A stretch of DNA of 62,984 bases, filler included, from Rozella allomycis CSF55 (Eukaryota): the NCBI GenBank assembly GCA_000442015.1. It is 17 parts of 17 records of this genome, joined end to end, with 100 filler letters (N's around TTAATTAATTAA, not from the genome) between each part and the next. Parts side by side here need not be neighbours in the genome. Positions count along the whole stretch, not along the records: positions 12,642 to 17,131 come from KE561340.1; positions 17,232 to 20,358 come from KE561343.1; positions 20,459 to 22,938 come from KE561344.1; positions 23,039 to 26,037 come from KE561350.1; 13 more parts are not named here. The stretch is one strand, 5' to 3'. Shown here piece by piece: positions 13,266-26,137 of the stretch. Position 1 is the first letter of the stretch. Each line of letters opens with the position of its first letter. The position numbers and the translations under genes were made by a program. Below the pieces are notes generated by a model, which did no database searches, was not told the origin of the DNA, and saw nothing but the letters and a program-made list of their open reading frames with translations.

Positions 13266-14326
13266 AAATTATCAAAGATCATGGTGTTGATTTAAAATTA
13301 TCCACTACATTTGCTGGGTTTGAAAAGAATGGTGATCAGATTAGTGTCAAAACAAAAGATGGACAAACCATTCAGGCTGACATTGTCATTTTAGCTATTG
13401 GTGTAAGACCAGATGTGGAGATAGCTAAGCAAGCAGGACTGGAGATTGGTACTTTTGGAGGGATAAGAACAAATGATAGAATGCAAACATCTGATCCTTC
13501 TGTCTTTGCTGTGGGTGACTGCATTGAAACTAAAGATTTTGTTACTGGAGATTGGACGAACATACCACTCGCCGGACCAGCTAATCGCCAGGGAAGAATA
13601 GCTGCTGATGCTATTATGGGGCGCGACACTACATATAAAGGGGTTTTGGGGACAGCAATATGTAAAGTGTTTGAAGGGGTTGTTGCTTGCACAGGATTGA
13701 GTGAAAAAATGCTTCAGCGAAAGAATAGATCATTTCAGAAGTATTACCTTTATCCAAATCATCATGTTGGATATTACGCAGGTGCAGAACAAATTCACAT
13801 GAAAGTTTTATTCGACCCAAACAATGGTAAAATTTTGGGAGCTCAAGCGTTTGGGACTGAGGGAGTCGACAAGAGAATTGATATTTTGTCAGTAGCAATC
13901 TACGCGGGAAAAACTGTTCATGACTTGGAAGATATGGAATTGTGTTACGCACCACAATTTGGAGCAGCGAAAGATCCCATTAATTTAGCGGGAATGATTG
14001 GCTCGAATTTTATGAATAATGATCACCCGCTATGCCACTGGGGTGATAAAGAAGTATCTTAATTGCTAGCAGGGAAAAATGAAAATGCATTGCTTGTAGA
14101 TGTAAGAAGCAAAGCTGAGTATGATGATGGACATGTGCCCAATGCATTGAATATACCATTACCAGAGCTAAGAATAAAGAAAGGTGAGCTACCAAAAGAT
14201 AAAACTTATTATGTCTACTGCAGAGTTGGCCAAAGAGGATATTATGCAACTAGATTGTTATTACTAAACGGATTTAGAGTGAAGAACATCAGCGGGGGCT
14301 ACTTGTCCTATGAAGCTATGAAATAA
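13266..14326 (+). CDS. FAD-dependent CoA-disulfide/persulfide reductase with C-terminal rhodanese domain (CoADR-RHD/Npsr-like); N-terminus lost at the chimeric junction
   Basis: ADIVILAIGVRP, TSDPSVFAVGD, IPLAGPANRQGR, HVGYYAGA, ELCYAPQFGAAKDPIN, then rhodanese LVDVR..GHVPNALNIP..YCRVGQRG. An in-frame TAA at 14060 is removable by a 27-nt intron 14043-14069. Confidence 0.9.
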
Positions 14327-14416
14327 AGTGATTTTCCTTGAATTCCAAATTTTATTTTATAAAAATCAATAGTCGAGGTTTACAATCACGTCAAATTTAA
14401 TTAAATAAAGTGACAT

Positions 14417-15205
14417 TTATTTTTCCCGTTCTGTGACTGACACCAGCTGACTACAAGAAGGACAATGTAGTTTATATGACTCTGCCTTCACACTTTCAAT
14501 ACAGTAGTAACAAAAAACATGCCTGCAAGGTCGGCATACCTGCCTAATGAGCATTTCATTTCTGCAAATCCCGCAATGCGAATGCGTTGGCAAAACCTCT
14601 TCTTCATCACTCTTTTTCAGAAGCTTTCTAAATACCGCTTCAATTTTTAGAGAAGAAAATATTGGCGCAACGCTAGCCAAAAACTCAGACAAAACGTGCC
14701 AAGTCATTTGTCGATCTGTGAATTCGAGTACAACCATGCGTTCCATTGACTCGTCGTTGACTATAGGATATATCCCAAATATTCTTTCAAACCAATTCCT
14801 GTATTTTTCATCTTTCAAGAACCACAAGAAATTTAAGAGCTGCAATCCGCTGTATATTTCCTCATTAAAATCTAATATCCAAAATTTATTAACAAACGGA
14901 ATATTGTCCTTATATCGTGACCAACAGAACGGCATCAGAATGTTCCATACAAAGTAAATACGCTTGTCTGTCCGTGACATGCCTATTTTGTGTGCGAGTG
15001 ACTTAGAGTACACAAGATTCTGTAATTCATCGCCATAGCTGGCATTCCGTTTATTGATATTGAAATAGAACGATATAGATCGAATGGCGAACAGTATGGA
15101 AGAAGAGTATTTGTACTTCAAGTTATTGTTGAATTGCGAGAGTGCATTGGAAGAAATTTCATCAATTGGAATTTTACGCAACAAGCAATTTAATGAAACT
15201 CTCAT
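14417..15205 (-). CDS. PEX2: Peroxin-2 RING ubiquitin ligase
   Basis: ASYGDELQNL, NFLWFL..KYR..ERIFG, LEFTDRQMTWHVLSEFL and C-terminal RING CGIC..CRHVFCYYC..CPSC. Confidence 0.88.
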   Translation of the reverse strand: MRVSLNCLLRKIPIDEISSNALSQFNNNLKYKYSSSILFAIRSISFYFNINKRNASYGDELQNLVYSKSLAHKIGMSRTDKRIYFVWNILMPFCWSRYKDNIPFVNKFWILDFNEEIYSGLQLLNFLWFLKDEKYRNWFERIFGIYPIVNDESMERMVVLEFTDRQMTWHVLSEFLASVAPIFSSLKIEAVFRKLLKKSDEEEVLPTHSHCGICRNEMLIRQVCRPCRHVFCYYCIESVKAESYKLHCPSCSQLVSVTEREK

Positions 15206-15264
15206 AAATTTTAAATAAAAATTAACAGCAATTTCAATATCAAATTTTACGACTCTGCTAAATC

Positions 15265-17131
15265 ATGTTGGAAACACAATATTTACTTGCCGACGGATGA
15301 CAAAACAGGCTATTCACCAGAGATCTTGAAAAAGTTCTTCATGATATATCCAAAGACTTGACATTCTATAAGACCAAATTTAAGACAAACGAGAACGCTG
15401 CGGGTCAACAACCTAATGACACCCCAAACAGGTCGACTAAAGTATTAAAAGAGAACAAGTACAAATAAAAGCGACGACAAATAATGTCGTAAATAGCCAG
15501 CGAATACCAAAACCACTTTTAAAACTCTTCAATCCAGACCGCTCAGCCAAAAAGCTTCAATTAGCAATCACCGAATACAATTCCATCTTACAGAGGCACA
15601 AGAACATCAACCGTCGAGAATATGCACGTCATCTAATCCATTTGGGTGACGAGCTAGCCAAACTAGGCGAATACAATCTTGCACATTCTATATTTTACAG
15701 TCGAGTGAGTTTATACGGAAATGGAGCAGGTGGCAGAAATGATGAAGAAGGAGATGGAAATTCTAGTAATATACTGAGTGACAGTCTGATTGTTGATGAA
15801 GAAAGGGACCATGAGTGGAGAAGGTTGGAGGTTGAAGCGAAAGTGAAGGGACTGGTCTGTGAATGGAAGGGGCATGGGGATTTGATAATAAGAAATGAAG
15901 CGGATGTGGAGGTGTGGGTTGATAAATCTGTTGGATGCATAGAAACTTTGAGTGAAATTTGGGGAATTGTTAGAGAATGTATGATAGATGCTGTTGAATG
16001 GCTCATGCGTGTTCGCAACTTTAAAGTAAGGAATGTGGATAATTTTCAAAAGGTGGTTGATTTTATGAAGAGGATTAATATGGTAGTTGATGAAGAAGAA
16101 ATAGTGCTAAGACTGTTTGATAACTATTTAGAATTTACCTATAAAGTGCAAGCGAGCGAGGAGATGGACGAATTTATTTCGAGTGAAAATGCTAAAAGAG
16201 TTGATTTGGTCAAGATTATTAAAACAGTTTATGACCTAAAGAATGAATCCCTTGAAATTAAGACTGACGAGAGAAAATTTTTTGAAAAGTTCAAGACTGT
16301 GAAATACATCGAAGAAAATGACGAGCAGCGTAAACTTTACGAAAGATGTCTTGGACTTCAATCCCTGATAGAACGGACGTTACCCTCTTTGAACGATGTA
16401 TTCGCCTGTTGCTTGTTGTATCTTCATAAAGGCTTCTCTCAATACAAGCAAGAAATAGTAGCAATAGCAGAGAATGTGCGGCAGGGTTATCCTTCTGATA
16501 ATTTCTATTTGATGCGCTTTAAAAACCAACGTATAGTGGAAGGCGAGGAACTCGTTCTAAAAGATTTTGAACTGCTTCAATTCGAAAAGCTTAAAGAAAG
16601 AATAGAAAAAGATACTATTACCTGTTCAAGTACTTTGCAGATGATTGAAGAAAACAATTTCGACCGCCGTGTAACCTTTGCCGACGAAAGGCGTATCCCG
16701 GACCCACTGGATTTCTATACTTGTTGTCTGCAAAAACACATTCCACCGCATCTTTTAGAAAAGCTGTTTAACGAATGCTACAAACAGAGCTCAGATAAAC
16801 TCGAGTTGCTTGCAGGTTTCATAGGATATGTGGAATCTTGGAGTTTGAGCGGTGAGGATGGGACGCTGCATGAGTATGGAATGTTTTTGAGTGAGCTGTA
16901 TGATAGGCTGTGTACCTTAATGATTGGTCAAGGGATGGAGTGCGAGTTGGAAGAGATTTGTGGTTGGTGCTGGCAGAAGAGGGTATTGATGATGACGGCT
17001 ATGTGGAGGGTCAATGGAGATGTGATGCATTTGAAGCAAGCTTTTAAAATATTCACCAAGCATCATGTAGAGCAAAAGTTGGACGGAGAGTTATATACCA
17101 TTGGAATGTGGGAATTTTGTTGTTGAGGGTC
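15265..17131 (+). CDS. CFAP54-like cilia/flagella protein (start uncertain, 3' partial)
   Basis: LIHLGDELAKLGEYNLA resembles the CFAP54 N-terminus. The segment kept only in the inverted copy (SFYVMLHC..IRSNDYVGTGMYIP..FVVEG) resembles its downstream beta-rich region. Recognised from memory. Confidence 0.6.
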
Positions 17132-17231
17132 NNNNNNNNNNNNNNNNNNNNNNNNNNNNNNNNNNNNNNNNNNNNTTAATTAATTAANNNNNNNNNNNNN
17201 NNNNNNNNNNNNNNNNNNNNNNNNNNNNNNN

Positions 17232-18754
17232 ATTTACCTTGCATTGTAATCATATATTGTATTATCTTCTAGTTTTACAACATTTCCAACACAAAAATAC
17301 ACAAGAACTATATTAATAATCAAAACAATATTTGTTTTCATAACGGAATTTCGAAATCCGCATATAGCAATGCATTTGACTAAAGCGTGCGTACTGTTAG
17401 AAAGTTTTATGGCTTTTAAAAGAAATACTGCCATTAAGAATGCTGGGCCGATTATTAAGACAACATTCAGAAGCGATATTTTACAAAACATTTTTGATGA
17501 ATACAATAGGCTTGATGCTGGACAATTAGAAATTTTTCATCGTAACTTGGTCAATTTCCAGGTAATTGTGTATTAGATCTTTATCAGAAAGAATCGATTC
17601 AACAGTTTATTCAAGAATCGTTGTATATTGAGGGCGGGCTGACAAATGTATTGCAACTGAGGTATATATACCGCATATAGATCATATTTTAGATATCACT
17701 GTCATTTCTTCTCTAAATTACATATAGTATCGACTGAAAATGACAATCGCTACAAAAACTTGGACGTGATTCTATTTAAGACCTTAAAACCGTACTTTTG
17801 TATAGATCTACTGGAATTGTTGAAAGTTAGTCCTTACGAGACTAATTTAGCAATAATTAGACACGTAAAAGTACCAATCTGTTGCTTTAACAGATTTTTG
17901 AAAATGAAAAGGTTCAACCATTCAAGAACTGGGATGAATTTTATCATAGAACACATCATATATCAGGATTTAATATTTACGCTTTAATGCATAAAACTAT
18001 TTGGAAGAACCGAATTCCCCTTGCATTTATTAATATATCATACAAAAGTAAAATCCCCGCTAGTTTTGAGGTAAGTAACGATTGCGACATATGATTAGGA
18101 ATTAATAAAAGGGAGCGTGATTGACAAACCTAAAGTCGCATGCTTCTACTCCATTACGTCTAGTCATCAGTCCTTGTTGGGAATGGATTTAGGAGCGAAT
18201 TTGGTAAACCTTGTTTCAAAAGAAGTTAAAATGGCATTTCCAACAATTGAAACTTTCTGCACATTTTCGCCAATACCTATGTTCAAGGAATGGTTAACAA
18301 GTAATATGAGTAAAGGTCATTTCTTAAATTTTGGCAATATCAATAGATGATATTAAATCAATTGGGTTTGATAATGCAAAAGATTGTGTTAATCACATGG
18401 AAAAATCCTTGGAAAGGCATAAAACCCTTTTGCTTTCTTATTGCGCTTGCTATTTACTCACGAGAAAAGATGGTCATCTAATAGATCCAGTAGGTAGAAA
18501 TCATGAATTGCTTTGATAGCCCACTTTCATTGTAAGAATGGCGCCAAAATATATCGAATAAATTGGAACTCTGATGTCAAGTAACAACGTTTTTCTCAAA
18601 ACTTAGACAATCGAAAAGCTCGTTTGGGATGATGGTGAATTATGTGTATGACGTTAGACTAAAACTAGAAAGATCTTTAGATTATGCAAAGGGAGAAGTT
18701 GTGGTCGATGACCAGGTTCAAGATCTTCTTATTAATAAACAAAAATCTAAATGA
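17232..18754 (+). CDS. MLYCD: Malonyl-CoA decarboxylase (many micro-introns, 5' partial)
   Basis: FYSITS..LLGMDLGANL, FCTFSPIPMFKEWL, IDPV/AHFHCKNGA.IYRINW, SFGMMVNYVY. Confidence 0.88.
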
Positions 18755-18810
18755 AGTAATGCTTTTCAGAGATTAATTCTTTTATATTTTTCAATGTTTA
18801 TTTTGCAATG

Positions 18811-20183
18811 TCACTTGTTTATTTCTTGAAAAATGAAATCTGACAGTCTAATCCAAAATGTTTAATAATGTTTACTTGGCGCAGGGCTTTGGTTGAATTT
18901 CTTCATTGCTGTTAATAATGTAGGAATACGAAGAATTATCAACTGTCCCGTCTTTAAAAGTATGGGAATAGAAGCAACTTGTGCCAAAAGGGCAATCACC
19001 ATCTCCTTTATTGAAATGTTTACATGGTATTTGACTATTTAAAGAAATTTATCAGGTTACGATAGTTGTTTTTTATAATTTTCTATTACGGTTGCCTTTT
19101 GTAAAGGATCGGCTATCCATAACGAACTAGGTGTAACAAAATGAGTAACCTGTCTACATATAGGACATGAACGCATAGCTTCCATGTTTGAGTCAAATGA
19201 TATTTTTGATCTCCAAGTACGGATGCATCCCAAGCAGAAGGCATGATTACAATCTAATATAAGAGTCAATCAAAACTTACTTAATAATCCAAATCGTGAG
19301 TCTTTTTTAGACATAACTTTCTCATAACAAATACCGCACTCGATATCTTCGTCCATAATGTCTTTACGAACACCTTCACAGGTAAATTGGCAATTCTTCA
19401 AATGATTTTCTTTGAGATTATCATTATACGGATGTAAACAAAATCTATTGCAATGAGGACATTTTTCACCGTGAACGAAGCGGCAAAAGGTGTTATATTT
19501 ACAATTCCCTGTCAATGCAAATGGGCAAAGCTATCCAAGTAAAAGTTATGTTTTACTTCCTCATTTTTCAAATCCACATTAATGGGACCCTTTATGACTC
19601 TTGCATCTACTTGCACTGAACACGAGTTAACCCCATTGTCAGCAGCATCTAGGAATAACTTCAATTTTGACTCATTAAGCGATTCCCACGGATTAAAGCT
19701 TTTATCATCTTCTGAGTTCTCGTCATAAATTTTGACGTTTGTGCAGTTATCCTCTAGTTGTGAATTATTGGGTCTTCCTGACGATAAATTTTCATTTTCA
19801 TTAATATGAGTATAATTATCACCAATCTCAAGATTTTTATATTCTGGTTTATAGAGAACTTTGGGTTGAGCCGGTACTGGTAATTTGTGAGATAATGAAC
19901 AGTGTTTTCCGTATTTGCATTTTCCTTTGAGAAAATATTTACAGACAATAGGCTCCGTTTCTTCAACAACATGCAGAAAAGGGCAATTCTTGCCATTTAT
20001 GCAACCGCCTTGCATGAAAAATTTGCACTGGACATGCTGAAATTCTTAGATCTTAAGGGCAAATAGTTATTTACTCTTAGTAACAGAATCTTCTGAGGTG
20101 TATTTCTTAGCCTTAGTCTTTGTGCTTTCTTTTTTTCTTATTGGAACTGAACTCCATTCCGATGTTTCCATTCCAAAATTCAT
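18811..20183 (-). CDS. MKRN1: Makorin-type CCCH zinc finger / RING E3 ligase
   Basis: Three N-terminal CCCH fingers, makorin Cys-His motif ([11 protein letters not shown]), [34 protein letters not shown] and a C-terminal CCCH. Confidence 0.9.
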
Positions 20184-20596
20184 TAGGAAATTTCGAAATA
20201 ATATTTATCAGCTGCCACGGTGGAAAAAAATAATGTATTATTGCATAAATAATTTTCAATGGAATTGGATTTGAATACAAGATTTAGATCACAAAATTCT
20301 AGTTTCAAGAAATTTTTTTTAGTAAAAAAATTTATTTAAGTAGTAATAGAGAAATCTTNNNNNNNNNNNNNNNNNNNNNNNNNNNNNNNNNNNNNNNNNN
20401 NNTTAATTAATTAANNNNNNNNNNNNNNNNNNNNNNNNNNNNNNNNNNNNNNNNNNNNTGGGTAATTTTAGAACATCTTCATAATTAATATTTTCCATAA
20501 TTCCATTAAAGATAAATCAATATTTAGATTGTAAGACTATTGAATAGACTAACTTATGCAGAAAAAGTAAGAATAAGAAAAGTTTAAGTGATTTAT

Positions 20597-22870
20597 TTAT
20601 GCACTTCCAGAATATAATTTTTTCAATTCATCAATCTTTGCTTCTTCAATTTTCTTGAACAAGTGTGTTGGAACGCCAATTTGGTGACCGCCCAAAAGAT
20701 CAATTGAAAATGCAGTTGGAATGAATCTCAACGGAGCATTGAGTTGTTCCAAGATAGAATCGCAAGCAGCAGGGATGAAAGGATAGAGCAAAGAAGAGAG
20801 AATGTAAACAATGTTCAATGAAAAAGCGAGAACGGTGTCGCATCTTTCTCTGTGATTCAAGAATAGATTGTTGTCAATTTTGGCTTCTGTGAGATAAAGA
20901 TTGCCAAGTGCTGAAATAGCCATGGCAGATTTCAAGCCAGCCTTGATCTTTACCGCTTCCATATTTTGATTGTAAACTTGCAATTCTTCGTTAATTTTTT
21001 CAATGAATTTATTTTCAAGGTCGCCGAGGGTAGCATTTGGAACGATGCCGTTGTATTTTGCAGATAAAAACTTTGTGGTTCTTGAAACGAAATTTCCTAA
21101 ATTGGCCAATAATTCAGAATTTGTTTTAGCGGCGAAATCATCCCATAGAAAGGTGGAATCATCTTGTTCCGGACGATTTGATAAAAGATAGTATCTCCAA
21201 ATGGAAGATGGGATACCAGAATCAACAACGTTGTGACCAAAGACACCAACGTTTCTAGATTTAGAGAATTTCCCAGTTTCATAATTCAAGTATTCGGTGG
21301 TGCTTAAATGGTGGAGCATCGTGAAAGAATCGCCGGTGCCTAGAAGAGAACAAGGGAAAATGACTGTGTGGAAAGGAACGTTGTCTTTGCCCATGAATTG
21401 GTAGAGTTGTACATTGTCAGGATTCTTCCACCATTTCTCCCAATTCTTTGTGTATTCAGCAGTGATTGAAAGATAGCCAATTGGAGCATCAAACCAAACA
21501 TAAAAAACTTTTTCTTTTAATTCTTCCAATGGGACAGGAGTGCCCCATTTTAGATCACGCGTGATACAACGTGGTTTTAAGCCTTCTTTGAACCAAGCGT
21601 TCGTTACGCTGACGCTATTGTGAGACCATTGACCTTTGAGTGAAGATTCTTTAACGAAATCTTCACATTTTTGTTGCAGATCATTTAATTTAATAAAGAC
21701 ATGGGTTGATTCTTTTATTATTGGAGTTGAACCATCAATTTTGCAACGTGGGTTTTTCAACTCCATCGCATTTAAAAGTTTTCCACAAGAATCGCATTGA
21801 TCTCCACGTGCGTCATTGTAGCCACAAAGTGGACAGGTGCCTTCAACGTATCTATCAGCAAGAAACATTTTGCAGGATTCAGAATAGAGTTGAGAAACAG
21901 TTTCTTTTTGAAGATGTCCATTTTTATTCAATTTAAGAAAAATATCTTGAGCAATTTCAGTTTGACTAGGGGTTGTGGTTCTTCCAAATGAATCAAAATC
22001 AATATCAAACCATTTATAAACATCAGAATGGATTTTATGAAAACGATCACACAATTCTTGACAACTAATTCCCTCCTCTAATGCCTTTGTTTCAGTCGCT
22101 GTTCCATACTCATCAGTTCCACAAATAAACAATGAATTATACCCCTTCAATCTACAGAATCTTGAATAAACATCCGCGCTCAAAACACATCCAATAATAT
22201 TCCCCAAATGAGGCACATTGTTCACATATGGAAGCGCACTCGTTATTAATATATTCCTTTCCCCTTCAATCGGCAATCTACCTCCAAACAATCAAACTCG
22301 CTTACATTTCTTTATCTTTTCTTCTCTCAACTTTAATGCCTTCTGAAACAACAACTTTTCTCGCTTTGACTTCCTTTAAATATTTAGCTGGTAAACTCTC
22401 CACAACACAACCATACTCCTTTCTAGCTACTTCCATCCATTTCTTCACACTTTCATCTTCAATTTCACAAAAACTCATTCTCGCAAAATACAAAATAGAC
22501 AAAACACTCTTAACATCCCCATCTCTGCCAATCAAACTGTCCATTTCAGTAATTTCACCTTCCAACACCTTTCTCATTTTCTCTTCTCTCTCCGCATCAA
22601 AAGATTTAACCCCATAAATATAGTTCAAANNNNNNNNNNNNNNNNNNNNNNNNNNNNNNNNNNNNNNNNNNNNNNNNNNNNNNNNNNNNNTCACAGCTTT
22701 CACTCATTCTAAATGACACCTTGTCGCCTACAGTCTTTAACCTATCACTCTCGCTTACCTTCTTTATACTCTACTGGCAATCCCTTTGCTTTACACGCCA
22801 AAGCAACAGCCAACACATTTTTAACGTCCTGAACACTTCCTGGTGTTGAGGGGTAAACTATTGTAACCAT
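20597..22870 (-). CDS. MES1: Cytosolic methionyl-tRNA synthetase with N-terminal extension
   Basis: ITSALPYVNNVPHLGNI, zinc knuckle, YVWFDAPIGY, KFSKS; intron 22278-22305; internal N gap 22630-22690. Confidence 0.97.
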
Positions 22871-23038
22871 TTTTTCTGGAGGCTTGGCCAGTGTCGACAG
22901 TATGATTGTCACGTTTACATATTAACAAGATTTCTTATNNNNNNNNNNNNNNNNNNNNNNNNNNNNNNNNNNNNNNNNNNNNTTAATTAATTAANNNNNN
23001 NNNNNNNNNNNNNNNNNNNNNNNNNNNNNNNNNNNNNN

Positions 23039-25572
23039 TTGCGGGAGATTGTGGAGAAGCTTGATCAGACGTACTGTAGGTCGATTGGATTTGAGTATAT
23101 GCATGTGCCTGATAGAGCAAAGTGTGATTGGCTGAGGGCGCGGATTGAGAAGCCTGTGAAGTATGTGTTTGGGAAGGATGAAAAGTGGATGATTATGGAT
23201 AGGATGTGTTGGAGTGATACGTTTGAGAGGTTTGTGCAGAGCAAGTATCCTGGCGAGAAGAGATTTGGGTTGGATGGATGTGAGGCACTGATTCCTGGGA
23301 TGAAAGCGATGGTAAAGATTGTGGAGATTTTGTATAGATTGATAAAGCTGTTGGGCTTGGGGTTGAAGAGGTTGTTATGGGGATGCCACATAGAGGAAGA
23401 TTAAATGTGTTGAGTAATGTTGTGAGGAAGCCAAATGAGTCAATATTTTGTGAGTTTAATGGAACGTATGATGAATCACAATTGGGATCTGGAGACGTCA
23501 AGTATCATTTAGGAATGAATTATGCGAGACCAACGCCGAGTGGAAAGGTTGTAAATTTGTCATTGGTTGCTAATCCGTCTCATTTGGAGGCTGTTGATCC
23601 AGTGGTTCTTGGGAAGACTAGAGCATTGCAGTTTTATAAGAAGGATGAGCCAGGAAGAGAAAAGTGTTTGAGTGTTTTATTGCATGGGGATGCAGCGTTT
23701 GCAGCGCAAGGAGTTGTTTATGAGACATTGGGGATGTCGCAGTTACCGATGTATACTACTGGAGGAACTATTCATATTATAGTGAATAATCAGATTGGAT
23801 TTACAACTGACCCAAGATTTGCTAGATCAACACCATATTGTTCCGATGTAGCGAAATCGATTGATGCACCAATATTCCATGTGAATGGAGATGATGTGGA
23901 AGCAGTTGTGTATGTGTGTAAATTGGCAGCTGAATGGAGACAAGAATTTAAGCAAGATGTTGTTGTTGATATAGTTTGTTATAGAAGACATGGACATAAT
24001 GAGTTTGATGAGCCAATGTTTACGCAGCCAAGAATGTATAAAGAAATAGGAAAGAAGAAGAGAGCGTTTGATTTGTATGTAGATGACTTGATAAAGAATA
24101 AAGTGTTTGAAAAGAGTTTGGTAGAAGAACATAAGAAGAAGGTTTGGAAGATATTAGAAGATAGCTATGAGAAGAGCAAGAGTTATTTGCCAACCAGTAG
24201 AGAATGGGTTAGTTCAGCATGGAATGGATTTAAAAGCCCCAAAGAAATGGCTGAATATATTTCACCAGCTTATGATACAGGGGTTGATATTGATACATTG
24301 AAACACATTGGAGAAAAGTTGACTTTGATACCAAAAGATTTTAATGCTCATAGAGGGTTAGCAAGAATTATTGAAACGAAGAGAAAGACAATTGAAACAG
24401 GCCAAGGGATTGACATGTCAACTGCAGAGTCACTTGCGTTTGGAAGTTTATTAATTCAAGGCAATCATATAAGATTAAGTGGACAAGTAAAGTTTAATAT
24501 AATTAATTAAAAGGATGTAGAAAGAGGAACATTTAGTCAAAGACATGCAGTATTGAATGATCAAGTTACAGAGAAGCAGTATATTCCATTGAGTAATTTA
24601 TCACCGAATCAAGCTGAATTTGTGGTTTGTAATAGTTCACTTTCAGAATATGGAGTATTGGGATTTGAGTTGGGATATTCTCTAGTTGATCCACGTTGTT
24701 TAATTCTATGGGAAGCACAATTTGGTGATTTCTGTAACAATGCTCAATGTATTATTGATCAATTTATAGCGTCAGGAGAAAAGAAATGGCTTCAAAGAAC
24801 TGGTTTAACACTTTTATTACCACATGGCTATGATGGAGCTGGTCCTGAACACAGTAGCGGTAGAATGGAAAGATTTTTACAACTTTGTGATGACAATCCA
24901 TTTGTTTTCCCTGAAATGTCTAAAGAAAAATGTAGACAAATTCAAGATTGTAATTTTCAAGTTGTTTATTGTTCTACCCCTGCTAATTATTTTCATGTTT
25001 TAAGAAGACAAATTTTACGTGATTTTAGAAAACCTTTAATTGTTTTCAATTCTAAAAACTTATTAAGAAATCCTTTGGCTAAATCTTCTTTAGATGAATT
25101 CTCTACTGGAAATCGTTTTGTTAGAATGTACCCTGAACCTCTCAAATTAGATAAAGTTGATCGTTTAGTCTTTTGTTCAGGCCAAGTCTTTTATGCTCTA
25201 TTAAAAGCAAGAGATCAAAACAAGATTAAAAATGTAGCCATTGCTAGAATTGAACAAATTTCTCCCTTTCCCTTTGATTTAGTTTTAAATGAAATCAACA
25301 AGTATCCAAACGCTTCAATCATTTGGTGTCAAGAAGAACCTTTAAATATGGGGGCTTGGAATTATGTCGATCAAAGATTCAAAACTACATTTTCTAAATC
25401 AAAAGCTCATGCAAAGAGCCCCATCACTGTTGTTGCAAGACCTCCAAATTCTGCTGTTGCTACTGGAATCAAATCTTTACACATTCAAGAAGAACAAAAT
25501 ATCTTGGCTGAAGCTTTACTCGGTGAAGCTGTTCAACCAAAAGATGTTGTCAATGGAGTTCCTATTTGGTAA
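23039..25572 (+). CDS. KGD1: 2-oxoglutarate dehydrogenase E1 (5' partial)
   Basis: [41 protein letters not shown]; introns 23312-23337 and 24487-24513 restore the frame. Confidence 0.97.
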
Positions 25573-25699
25573 TAGTTAAATAAAGTCCATATTAAAAATC
25601 AGAGTATTTCCATTTAATTATTCCCATCAAATTATTTCTATAGATTCGTGTTATTTCTGTCCCCTTTTAAATTCTGTCTTCAGTGGCTTGGTTCAGAAA

Positions 25700-26037
25700 A
25701 TGGGAGCATCTTTCAAAAAAGCTATCCAATCTCGCGAACACAGAGAAAGATCACAGCCTTCAGCTCGCCAAAGGCTAGGATTCCTAGAAAAGCACAAAGA
25801 CTACATCAAGCGTGCGCGTGATTTCCAAGCCAAGCAAAGCCAGCTCAAAGTACTGCGCGAAAAGGCTCTCTTCAGAAACCCAGATGAATTTTATTTCAAA
25901 ATGATAAACGCCAAGACCAAAAAGGGCGTGCACGAACTGACAAACCATCGCAACTATTCCCAGGATGTCATCAAGCTGCTCAAGAGCCAGGATATCAAGT
26001 ACATACACATGCACAAGACTGTTAATGAAAAGGTATG
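25700..26037 (+). CDS. UTP11: U3 snoRNP protein Utp11 (3' partial)
   Basis: HRERSQP..RLGFLEKHKDY..RNPDEFYFKM. Confidence 0.95.
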
Positions 26038-26137
26038 NNNNNNNNNNNNNNNNNNNNNNNNNNNNNNNNNNNNNNNNNNNNTTAATTAATTAANNNNNNN
26101 NNNNNNNNNNNNNNNNNNNNNNNNNNNNNNNNNNNNN

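Noticed and set aside
14060-14062. TAA read as Gln (aphelid/ciliate-type genetic code), suggested by EVS*LLAG and the LINE stops
   Set aside because: ESF1, MetRS, KGD1, exportin-T and BZZ1 all end at TAA at the expected positions, and long exons contain no in-frame TAA/TAG
18740-18754. Loss of PTS1 in malonyl-CoA decarboxylase (ends KSK-stop rather than SKL)
   Set aside because: The last-exon structure is uncertain and a single base could explain it; too weak without cDNA
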